Of a stretch of 64,000 bases of DNA, positions 1 through 10,836 are shown piece by piece. Each line of letters opens with the position of its first letter. Position 1 is the first letter of the stretch. The translations under genes were made by a program, and so were the position numbers. The notes below the pieces were generated by a model, which worked only from the letters and a program-made list of their open reading frames with translations, was not told where the DNA came from and searched no databases. The stretch is from Anthoceros angustus (taxonomy: Eukaryota > Plantae > Anthocerotophyta): NCBI GenBank assembly GCA_010909165.1, contig VJWM01000239.1:62001-126000 (forward strand), given 5' to 3'.

Positions 1-624
1 CGGATCCACACAATGGTAAGTTTGAACACTGCAATCCACACCTCCAGAAAGACGATCGGTTACCACTCACAGTGTATTCGCCTTGGTAGGGTCCAGCAGA
101 TGTCTCCGCCAGCCCGATGATGCGCAACTCGCTGCTGCCGCCGTTGTAGAACCATCCAGCGATTCCCCGAGGGAAGGCCACCACATCGCCCCGCCTGATC
201 CGGCGCACGTGGGAAGCTTCTCCGACAGAGTAGCCGGACAGGAGTCCCACATAGCCCTCTCCTGGCAGTGCCACGCGAGCAGCCGGTCGTTTCAGTCGAC
301 ATCGGATGCATTGTCGAGATCGCCACTTTTGCAGCTCAGGAAAGGCCGGGTCATGAGAGACGTACCTTCCTCCACGTATTTGAGGACAGCAGAATTGGAG
401 TACTTGGGAAGGTACAGGCCACGCTGCCCGAGCGTGATTCTGGCCGCTGCGATGTTGGCGTCTCTGATGGCCCGGATATTGGACCACGCGTGGATGCTTC
501 CTCCATCGGTGCGAAGACGTTCTTGCGGCTCGCCCAGCCGGAGCTCCTCACGCTGGGCACTTGCCAGAGAGATGGCCACGAGCAGGGCCAGCGCAAGGCC
601 GGCCCATTTGTCAGCAGAACCCAT
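1..624 (-). CDS. 11S globulin/legumin-like cupin storage protein, N-terminal part (runs off the left edge)
   Basis: ATG at 624. Signal-peptide-like MGSADKWAGLALALLVAISLASA, then DGGSIHAW...DANIAAARITLGQRGLYLPKYSNSAVLKYVEEG. GT-AG intron 365-262. Exon 2 (261-71) reads GEGYVGLL...RRGDVVAFPRGIAGWFYNGG, matching cupin motifs of 11S-like proteins. Next donor GTGAGT at 70. Confidence 0.8.
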
Positions 625-1088
625 TTCGAGCTCTACCACGGATGTTGGAGTCTCGCAAGGCGCTGAAAGAAGGACGATGCGACTGGATGAATGCAGTACT
701 GCAGAGCTGTTGATCAGCAAGCTTATGTATTGGGAACCCGGCAGGCGGATATAGCAAGTCCCAGCTCGCAATCGCAGTCTGGCAGTTTAGGTTCATGCAA
801 GGAAGGGAATAAGAGGGATGCTGCATGCGGACACGGCCGCATGGATCTGGTCAGCCTGTGGACCTACATACAGGAACGAAATGAGTGTGAATGTGCTCAT
901 GCTCCCATGTGATGTCAATGGCACTTGATACAAGAAGATAGCCCATTTGCCCATTCCTCACATGCTTGATGCGGCTGATCATGTTGTTATGCGGTTGATA
1001 AGGATTGGGGTGGCCTTTAACGGGTTTAGCTTTTCAGCGTACCACTGGTAATATTATTTCCATAGATCTTTCCCACCACGTACGGGAG

Positions 1089-1155
1089 GCGCCAGCCGGA
1101 GTCGAACCCGGATCTGCCCACGGGGAGGACGTTCTCGTTACCACCAAGAGGACAA
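1089..1155 (-). pseudogene. degenerate tRNA-Gly-like fragment / possible SINE head
   Basis: Minus strand reads ...cagatccgggttcgactccggctggcgc, which resembles the T-arm/B-box and 3' acceptor strand of plant tRNA-Gly. A CCC anticodon-like loop is present, but the 5' acceptor strand does not pair. Confidence 0.35.
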
Positions 1156-1234
1156 TAACTACAACAACTTCATTTATGTCCACTAGCATAAAAGAACCAT
1201 CATGGACAGAATTTGGATAAAGGAGGGTGTACAT

Positions 1235-1256
1235 GTACGTACGTACGTACGTACGT
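1235..1256. repeat. (GTAC)n microsatellite
   Basis: gtacgtacgtacgtacgtacgt read directly. Confidence 0.9.
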
Positions 1257-1619
1257 TTGTACTAAAGAAAGTGAAATAGGGGGAATAAAAGGCGGAGCAA
1301 AGACAAGAAAGTTATAGGGACAACATATGATCAAGCAGCATCATCTCATAACGACATAGAGCATAGAGCTTGGGAATATGAAAGGAAAAAAATCGCCATT
1401 CGGAAAAACCTGCACACTAAAAAAGGGTAGAGTACTTGGCCATGACATCGTTAAAAGAAGGGCAATAAAATAAAAAGTGTATTTCGCATTCCTTAGTGCA
1501 ATAAAATAAAAAGTGTATTTCGCATTCCTTAGTTGAGGAGCAAAACCTGGAAACGCAGTCACTCTATCTTAAACTCCCACATTTGTTTCAAGCATACTAA
1601 TGCACTAATAAGGTCAGAT

Positions 1620-2450
1620 AAAAAAGGAAGACCCTCGTAGTGATTTCAAATTGAGGTGCTATGAATAAGCTGGCAAAAGCATTCCTAATATCTTCATAGA
1701 CAGGGCAGAGGAAAACAAAGTGTTCATGAGTCTTAACATCCCTGTTGCATAACTTGTGTATTGTATGGCCTCAAATAGGCACGTCTATTGGACTCAATCC
1801 TTAAGATGGTGAGACCCCACATGAAGATGAGCCATAATCATCCTAAGCTTGAAGGACGCATGATTGCAAAGATAGAGTGGAAGCAAGAGTCTTTCAGACT
1901 TGGAAAGGATACGAAACAATTATTTGGAAGTTTGGAGTTTAGTGGATAGAATCGAGAGACAGGAGACCAAGTGTGGGAGAGATAGGCAAATCAATTCATT
2001 GGAAGGAGAGCTCTCCTAGAATATGATAGGGTTTGTCATACACTTTATCACAATTTTTTGTCACACACTATGAAAGTGTGACAACCGTATCCTCGGAATG
2101 TGCTCTGGGTAAAATTTTCAAGGCAAAACTTGGAAGGGGGATGGCGGGAACACTTTCGGAATAGAAACCAAGCTTTTTGAGCAGATGACTCGGCATCCCA
2201 ACAAGTCTTCTTCCTAAAAAGCTAACTTCCGAGACGATTGAAAAGCAAGGAGGAGGCAGGGGGAGTGAAGGTGGGTTGACTAGCATGGACTGAGCTTCCT
2301 CTAAAGAATAGATGCGGTACAGGAAGTTGGTTAGATAAAACAAACCCTCAAGCTCAAGCGAGAAGGTGGCAAACTCTCCAAGAAAGATGGGGCATGGACT
2401 TGACTCCGCTTGAAAAGTTGTGTGCATGAAACCACTTTTATTGAATTGAA
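1620..2450 (-). mobile_element. decayed non-LTR retrotransposon (LINE) 3' ORF2 remnant
   Basis: Minus-strand broken frames give KLRMIMAHLHVGSHHLK and LCNRDVKTHEHFVFLCPVYEDIRNAF, resembling the C-terminal Cys/His motif (E-H...CP-Y--IR) of LINE ORF2. Stops and frameshifts throughout; boundaries approximate. Confidence 0.55.
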
Positions 2451-3896
2451 TTGAATTGATGGCTAAGAGGCTATAGACTTCTTACTATGAGAAAGCAAAA
2501 CATTATACAAACCGGAGATAGAACATACAATTTAGCCTCGAGGATTTTTGTTCTTCGGAATTTTTAGCCTCGGGAATCTTGGGCTTCACAACGAGGAGTG
2601 ATAATCTATGGTTACAATTAAACACATCTTTGAACCATGGTTAAATATATTTATATAAAGCATATATATACTTATATAATTATAAAACAAATAAAATAAA
2701 ATAAAACCTTTCATATGATAGGTATATATACCTAGTACGTACGTACTTTTTTTTTTTGAGTCAAATTGGGTTATGTTGCGACAGGGGATCGACTCAAAAA
2801 ATATGTAGACCAATCGAGTTGCGGTTCAGCATCTATGGCAAGCGTCGCGGACTAGTCACCGACGCCGGAAAGCTGATTTTCTTCTCGGTATCCCCTGGCA
2901 TGTGGGAGAAATACCGTGGCGAAAATCTCGAAAGATTGGCAAGCCCTAGTCCTGACTTGGGATCGGGGCAGACCCGAGTCTGTTTGAATCTTTGCTGCGG
3001 ATCTCCCGTTCACTGCAATTTTCATCTCGCGAATCGGCTGCATCGATTACCACTCCTAAGGTGCATCAGCAGCGTTTCTCTTGATTGTGCAGTGCGATTC
3101 TTCAATTCACACTGTGTGTTAGAGTTGGTGGACTGCAGGCCCTGTCGCTTTAGATGAGAATTTGTCGCGGGCCGTCGTCTTTATGTGCACAATAGTCAAC
3201 AGGTGCTGGTGTTTGTGCAGGGAAGACGGTAGGGTTTTCTCTTCCGGATTGGTGGTGTGTGGCGGGCTACTGAAGTGGCGGGATATTGTCTGTGGAAGTC
3301 CGGGCCGTGACAAGGGCTCCTGACTGGCGGCGCACACATTGCGCCCTGGCTTTCCTCCCTCGAGTGATTGGACCCGACAACATGTGTGTGCCAGGACCCG
3401 GACTTTGTCCCGTGGCGGAAGTTTTGGACAAGATGAGCTGTTTCTGCTTGCCGTAGATTCTGAGTTAAGGCCTGCGCATCTGCGCAGTGTGACAGAATAA
3501 GGTGAGTCGGGGAGTAGTCTGATTTGATGGTGGCATGTTGGGGTTTAGGGTGAAGTATGTGGGAGCAGATGAATTAGTTTCTTTCACAGAGTTCTTTTCT
3601 TTTTTTTGCAGTTTAGGAAGTCTCCTTCGATTTTGCTGACTCTGCCTTTGCTGTGTATGCTGACTGGCCGAGTGGTGCGCCATGAGCACAGCAAGAGCTG
3701 TATTTTTGTGTGATACTAACCTGCAAATCTGTCTTCTCTTTATTGTTTTGGTGTTGGCAGGCGAACGCTGAAGCTGTTTGAGGGCTTAACGATTGGTTTG
3801 CATTTCTACGGTGTTCAGGAGACAGATCATTCCAGGAGTCCAGTCTCTGAGGCAAAGGCAGGTTGACTTGAGCTGTCAGCTTGTGAGAGGATCAAA

Positions 3897-4650
3897 ATGA
3901 GTGTTGGGGTTGAGAGACAGCAACAGGTTGGATGGTCCAGGTCACTTTCACGACGAGACTCCTTCGGTCGGTCTGGACTTCGGGATGACAGGGGTTGGAC
4001 TGCTCTTCATGTGGCCTCCCGAATGGGTGATCTCGAAGAGGTAGCTCTTGTGCTTCGTAGTGGTTGGTTACTTGCTCGTTACAGAGTTTACCCTGAAAGT
4101 TGGAAAGCTTTCTTTCCTGATACATTTCCCGAGTATCTTAAATTGCTTATACTTTCGTCTGATGACTTTCTGCCTTCGAAAACAGGTGAAGCGGCTGCTG
4201 AACTCCGGGGCAGCCGTCAACGAGCCGTCATTTGGTCCAAAAGCTCCTGGAACGACACCTCTCCACTTAGCTGCAGCTGGGGGCCACTTGCATGTGATGG
4301 ATGAGCTGCTTGAGCGTGGTGCAAATATTGATGCGCGAACCAAGGGAGGCTGTGGATGTACGTTCCTTCATCCTCTATCATGTAGTCCGCTCAACAGCGG
4401 ATTCAAAACATGGATCAAGTGCTTGCACGTGCCTAAAACTTTACTGTTTCCTTCTGCTCGTGTTGCAGGGACTCCATTGCACAACGCAGCGAAGGAGAAA
4501 AACAAGCGGGCAGTGAGATTTCTTCTCGAGAATGGGGCGTTCTTGCCCCCTGACATGACGGACGGAAGATTCAACCCTCCTCTGCACTACTGTCCAGGAC
4601 TAGAGTGGGCTTACAAATTGAAAAGCAAAGCGACGGGAAAAGATTCGTAA
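3897..4650 (+). CDS. PIA2: ankyrin-repeat protein, PIA1/PIA2 (ANK6)-like
   Basis: Three exons (3897-4040, 4186-4357, 4469-4650) with GT-AG introns. DDRGWTALH...TPLHLAAAGGH...GCGWTPLHNAAKE...NGAFLPPDMTDGRFNPPLHYCPGLEWAY matches the plant PIA/ANK6 family C-terminal signature. Confidence 0.8.
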
Positions 4651-5295
4651 CATCTGAAGATGGGCGGTGGGGAGCTTTGGAGATTCCTACTGGGTAGTCT
4701 TGTTCTTGATTTACCACATCTGAACTTCAGCATAGGGAACTGATCCGTGCCAACCTTCAGATCAGTATTTCAGGACTTTTGGTGGTCTCCCTAGTCCAAG
4801 TTATTCCGTCACTTGCTCATGATCCCAGACATTGATAGCCACTATGCCCTAGATCACTTATGTTTTTAGTCTTGCGGCTGGTGAAGTTAAATACGAACTA
4901 CCTATGCCTGTAGCCAAGACTGAAACGGGCAAGGAACTGCAACAGTAGACTAGACCAACCGAGGTGTGAAACAAAAGTTGAGTACCTACATTCAAGGAAC
5001 TCGTCGTTTCACAAAACCCTAAGGATTGTAAAGGAATTCAACTGTAAAGGAATTCTAGTGCCGTTTAATAACTGTTCCGAAATTAAGTGCTGTTAAAAAC
5101 TGTTCCAAATTCAGGTCCTGTTTAAAAACTGTTCCAATCGACAGCCGTGAAGGTAACCTACACCATGGTCTGGATTGAAAGCATCGCTCTGTGTTGGGGA
5201 ACACGTTTGAAGACCCTAGAACCTGGCTAATTTGATGCGAAGAAGTACATAAATTAAGCTACGTGGTTTCGAATTTACAAAGGGTGTGCAACGAA

Positions 5296-7422
5296 CTATC
5301 TGAGACGTAAAAGCAGGTGCCCAGGTTCCTCCAAGAGCGTCTTCCATTCATTGCAGAAGCGTGCAACAGTTGCTCCATCAACAATTCTGTGGTCTGCTCC
5401 CAACGTTACCTGGAATTGATGAGAAAATACTTCCGTCAGAGGAAAGAGCAGAGAATGGCTACTTTGTAAGCAGGAGATAATGACGACAAGGTAGCACTTA
5501 CAGTCATTATCGAGGTAGCAGTCACACTCCCGTCTTCTGCAATTCGCGGAAGTTTCTGAATCCTTCCGAACGCCACAATGGCTACTTCTGGTAGGTTAAG
5601 GAGGGGGTAACCAGTCTTGCCGCCAATGGCACCGATGTTGGATATGCTGATCGTCCCACCTGAGACATCTTGTGCGCTCAGGCTGTTTGTTCTTGCTAGC
5701 GAGCCAAGCCGAGACATCTCTGCAGCAATCTGGAAGGACAGCAAGGGTCAGCCTGCCAGATAACGGTCTTAGACTACAGATAACCAGGTGAGGTCAGATC
5801 CTTCGTACCTCAAGCACAGACAGTTGCTGCACATTTTTTATGTTGGGTACCACAAGGCCGGATTCTGTTGCCATGGCAACTCCGATATTGTGTGATGCTG
5901 CAGACATAGCCACATGAGCCCAGCGGGACAACATACAATTGAGTATACAAGCATCGACCGAAAGGGAGACCAGATGCTGACACATACCTCTGCATGTGAT
6001 TTCGGAAAGATCACTGCTAACACTGCTGTTCATGATGGGAAACTTGTGAAGAGCAACTGACAGAGCCTTGATTATGAAGGGCAGATAAGTGAGCTTCACA
6101 CCACTGTCCAGGGAGGCGACAAGGAGGCTTGTCCTCAACTCCACCAGACAGTCCATCTCAATCTCCTCAACATAGTAAAAATGAGGGACACTTGTGGTTG
6201 CAGCCATTGTCTTTGCCATGGTCCTTCGGAACCCTCTGCCAACACGTCACGACCAAGAGCATATCAGTCCTTCATGCAGATATCTGGTCACCAAACGATA
6301 GCAATGTCAGCAGCATCCAAGTAACACGGCTTTGATTTCACCTGACGGGAATAACAAAATCCTTGCCATGAGGGGTCGGTTCTGCAAGCTGTGCACTCTC
6401 ACTCTCTCCCACCTGACGAGGCTCCACAGAGGCTCTAGAACTCGCGTTCGAGTCCACAGCCTGCAGGTTAGGTTCTGGAACAGCCTGGAGATCCTCTTCG
6501 ACAATCTCCTTGACACCAGCAGCATTTATGACATCTGCTCTCAATATCCTGCCTCCTTCCCCAGAGCCAGCAACATCCGACAGGTTGATGCCATATTCCC
6601 GAGCCAGACGCCGGACTGCAGGAGTACAAAGCACGTCGCGACTTGCTTGCTTCTCCTCCTCCACAGCATCATTTCCGTCCTCCTCATCGCTGCTGGAGGA
6701 CGAGTGACTAGCAGAAGACGACTCCTCGTCATCCCCCTCGTGGACCGAAGCCACTCCATGTCCCCCATCAAGCGAAATCTCCAGCAGAGTCTCTCCAACC
6801 TGCAAACCACGAAACCCTGAGCTGCAGCCAGCAACAGCGACAGAATCTGGACCCAAAACAGGAACTGGAGCTACAGGGCATGCAAGTCCCAAACCTTCAC
6901 AACATCCCCGGGCACGAAGCAAATTCTCGTCACCCTGCCCTTATACCGACTACTGATATCTACGCTTGCTTTATCACTCTGCACCTGGCAGAGTGGCTGA
7001 AACTCCTCCACATCTTCCCCCTGCACCAATCACCCACAAACCGTCAATACCCCCCACAAACCACCTCCAGCCTGAGCCTCACCCACTGCAGCAAGCAATC
7101 CTACCTCGGTCACATGCCACTTGAGCAGCTCACAGTCCGCAATGCCTTCACCAGTCTGGGCCAGAGGCACCTCCACAATGCCCCCGGGACCGGCACCCTT
7201 TGGAGCCTCAGAGAAGCTCCTCCGCTGTGCGTGGTGAAACCACCCAGGAGAATTCCTAGACAAGCTCAAGCTCCCGCACCGCACCCCGGACGTGCCCCAC
7301 TTGTTCCTTTCCTCACAACCCAACACCCGGGTGGGAACCGGAGCCGACCCAGCTGATGCAATCCCGCGCACACTTCTGGCAGCTGCTCGCCTGGACAACC
7401 TGAGAAGCGCTGAAATCCTCAT
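5296..7422 (-). CDS. BCE2: dihydrolipoyllysine-residue acyltransferase E2 of branched-chain alpha-ketoacid dehydrogenase (mitochondrial)
   Basis: Multi-exon gene. Presequence [12 protein letters not shown]; lipoyl domain [25 protein letters not shown]; E3-binding [15 protein letters not shown]; catalytic domain ...[11 protein letters not shown]... and last exon [18 protein letters not shown]...LR* (stop 5296-5298). Confidence 0.93.
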
Positions 7423-8225
7423 CTTGGCCGACAACACACACCCGAAGAGGTGACAGCCAATGCATATATAGCCGGTAGTTCAGGTGATCGCGGTACCATG
7501 TTCCAGCCTGACAGATTTGGCACATGCCTGCGAGATCAATATTGACGTACATATGTCGATTGAAGGCCGGCTTTCCTTCCTGCCAAATGGACATACGTAC
7601 GTAACATGCGAGCCCGAGGATGGATCGAGCGCTGGCGACACGTCAGCGTCAGCCTCGGGAGCAAAGACGCCATATCCTCGTGGCAAAGAAATCCACTTCT
7701 GGAATTCACTGTTTCTGCCAACAGGTAATTTCAAGGGCAGAGAGACGGGAGCCAAGACAAGACGAGACAAAGACAAGACAAGACAAGCCCCGTAGTGAAG
7801 GGGGATGAAGGGATGAAATTCAATTGGATCGTGAAATTACTCTTCGACTTGGTTTTCAAAAATTGAGCACTTGTTTTGCGCAAAGGCGCGAGCGCGTTTC
7901 CTGAGTCTGCTTCTGGTGGCGTTATCATCGTTACGGTTGGCGTCCCGCAAAAGCCAGAGCTCTGCGTCTGCTTGAACTGCTTCTCCTTCAAGGCGCTGTT
8001 CCGCGGTTGTCTTCTTCCTCGAGCTGAGATCTATGTGGTGCTGGCAACGATCCAATGGCGCCGGATTGTCTGCTTTGAGAGGATTCAACAAGAAGCTGTG
8101 AAATGTTGTTGGCTTCCAATTGGCGGGGGCGTGATTCTGGATGCGGTTTTCCGTTGGCTCGTTCTGTTAGAGATTTTGTATTGCAGGAGGACCCGGTGCG
8201 GAGTGCGCTTTAGAGTGTAGGAACT

Positions 8226-9590
8226 ATGGCAGGTGGTACTAGGTTGCAACAGCATATCTGGCTGGATGAGTTCCTTCAGGGAGATAGAGATGGAGGAGGA
8301 GGAGAAGGAGGCGAGGTTAAGGGAGCGATGGGAGGAGGATGTAACGCACGGGGAGGGAACAAGCGGAGACCGCTCGCTGATATTGGAAATCTTAGAGGCT
8401 CTGCTCCTGCTCCTGGTGCAGAGGGGATGAATCCTGTGGCAGGGGGCAATTGCAAGCAGGTGGCTAGGGGGAGGCATCCTATGGTCAGGCGGTCTCAAGC
8501 GGCGACCGGGGCTCGGATTCCTGATCTGGCAGGCGGGCATGTGGCTATGCCGGAGGGGAAGCGGAGGCGAGGTACTAATGCTGTTGCCGCAGCGCAGAGA
8601 GCGGTTATCGCAGCTTGCGCTCGGATGGTGGATCATGAGATGCCGGAAGTGAAAGAGAAACGGCCTGGCAGCGAGGACGCGACATGCAGTGGTCGGGACA
8701 TGGATGATGTCGACTATGCTGACGAGGTGTATGCGTTCTACCGGAAGATGGAGAGGCAGTTCCGCGTGCCACCGGATTACATGCAGAAGCATGCGGACAT
8801 CAACCCCATGATGCGTGCGATTCTCGTCAACTGGCTCATCGAGGTGCACTGGAAGTTCCGGCTCCTGCCGGAGACGCTCTTCCTGACGGTGAACCTAATC
8901 GACCGGTATCTGGCAGCGGCGAGTGTGTCCAGGAAGGAGCTGCAGCTCGTGGGAGCCACGGCCATGTTTGTTGCTGCCAAGTATGAGGAAATCCTGGCTC
9001 CTGTTGTGAACGACTTCGTCTTCATATCCGACAAGGCCTACTCCCGGGAGCAGTTTCTGGCAACGGAGAAGAGCATGCTCAACACGCTGCAGTACAAGCT
9101 GACGGTTCCAACGCCCTACCGCTTCGTGTTGAGATTCCTGGCAGCAGCCGAGGCACCGGATGGGCAGCTGGAGCTGGTCTCTTCTTTCCTGCTGGAGCTC
9201 TGTTTGATGGCGGACTTCATGCCCAGATTCGCTCCATCCCTACTGGCAGCCGCTGCAGTCTACACGGCCCGGTGCACTCTGAGGCTAGGTCCATCCTGGA
9301 CGGCAGGCCTGCAACACCAGTCTGGGTACGCGGAAACGGACCTGCTGGAGTGTGGCAACATGATGGTACACCTGCACAGGATAGCAGGGGCCGGAGACCT
9401 CACTGTCGTCCACAAAAAGTACTCCAGCCCAGACAGGAACGCAGTTGCCACTCTCTGCCCTGCCTTCCTGCCAGCTGCACCCACTCATCCCAAGGAGTCG
9501 GACCCTCCTCTTCGTCACCAGCGACCACAGCAGGAACTGCCGCCTTCACCCGTTCTGCCACCACAGGTACCCAACCCTGCTTCCATGTGA
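8226..9590 (+). CDS. CYCB: B-type mitotic cyclin (intronless)
   Basis: Single 454-aa ORF. D-box RRPLADIGN; cyclin box MRAILVNWLIEVHWKFRLLPETLFLTVNLIDRYL...LQLVGATAMFVAAKYEE; C-terminal VHKKYS. Confidence 0.92.
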   Translation: MAGGTRLQQHIWLDEFLQGDRDGGGGEGGEVKGAMGGGCNARGGNKRRPLADIGNLRGSAPAPGAEGMNPVAGGNCKQVARGRHPMVRRSQAATGARIPDLAGGHVAMPEGKRRRGTNAVAAAQRAVIAACARMVDHEMPEVKEKRPGSEDATCSGRDMDDVDYADEVYAFYRKMERQFRVPPDYMQKHADINPMMRAILVNWLIEVHWKFRLLPETLFLTVNLIDRYLAAASVSRKELQLVGATAMFVAAKYEEILAPVVNDFVFISDKAYSREQFLATEKSMLNTLQYKLTVPTPYRFVLRFLAAAEAPDGQLELVSSFLLELCLMADFMPRFAPSLLAAAAVYTARCTLRLGPSWTAGLQHQSGYAETDLLECGNMMVHLHRIAGAGDLTVVHKKYSSPDRNAVATLCPAFLPAAPTHPKESDPPLRHQRPQQELPPSPVLPPQVPNPASM

Positions 9591-10836
9591 TTCCAGTGGC
9601 AGACAAGTGTACCATATTTTTAGGTAGCGGAAGCCAGCTGACACTCATCCCTCCTGCTCCTGAATGGCTAGTCTGTCTGATATAGTCAAATTGTGCAACT
9701 TCCACGCCTTCCTCTTTCATTCTTTGTCCTTGTCATCGGTGGTGCAGTGTGGTGATGACATCAACTCTGGCCGCCTCTGACATCACAAACAAAGGCTAAC
9801 CGGAGTCCGTGTTAGGGTGACAGTGCGTGGTTTCAAATTCCCAGCACAAGCGCCAAGCCCCCAAACGCGACCGACGTCCCGTTCCCGAATCGCACCAATG
9901 ACAAAGATGGACTCCCATCCCGGATCATGTATCATGGTGCGCACCGCCGAACCTTGTCCTTGCATGTGATACATGTGAGAATTTTCCAGGACGGTGGGCC
10001 TCCAAATAGGGTAGTCAATGCTGGAGGGGACGGAGGCCGCGCCTGTCACGGCAGCACGTAGGAATATCACTAAAACCTAAAATGGGCCGTGACAGCAGGA
10101 TACTCCCAAGTAGAGTATCTTGGACGCCGTGTCCCCGTCGTGAACCGTCGTGATAAGCACCAGCAGGTCCAGGTCCCGCGCCAGCGCCAGCGCCAGCGCC
10201 AGCCATGTCAACCGCACCGGCTGCCGCCGGTCTCCGGTCTCCGGTCACCAGTGAGTTGCCTGGAGCGTTATCTGGGTCAGAGCGTGGACTTGCTCCACAG
10301 CCCTTTTGGCCTCTTCCTTCCTCACACGGCTGGTCTCGATTTCCTCCTCGCCGAAACCCGAAACCGCAGCGGCAGGGCCTGCCCCTGCCCCTGCCCCCTG
10401 CAAAGGGAGACGCCCCCAGCCCCGTTCCGCCGCTCTCGGATGGCGCGGTAATGGCTGCTCCGTGAGCGGCTCCCCGCGCATCGCGGCGCGTTTCGCGGAG
10501 GGATCGAAACGCGCGACGTCCCGGGCTGTGCCTCACAGGGAATCGATGGTTGATCGATTCCTGCTGCGAGGAAGCGGGTGGGGAAGGACGCGGGGCGGGA
10601 AGGAGGGGGAATTCACGGGGATGGCGCGTGGGAGTACCTTCCCGCGCAGAATTAGAGGCAGGAGTGACGAGTTTCTGTTGTGGTACGGAGGGGATGGCTT
10701 GAGGCCCGGGGGGAGGAAATGCGAGCACCCGGATCACGGGAAGGGGAGGAAGTGAAGGTCCTGGAGGGAGGTACAGGAGGCGGGGACTTGGGAGAGGCAG
10801 GGGGGGGAGACAGAGGGTGCGCGCATCGTGGGAGCC

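Noticed and set aside
83-754. 223-aa plus-strand ORF
   Set aside because: Antisense to the spliced cupin gene; no motif
8151-8157. MSA-like core (CCGTTGG = CCAACGG reversed) upstream of CYCB
   Set aside because: Only one clear copy; functional MSA promoters usually have several, and a single 7-mer can occur by chance
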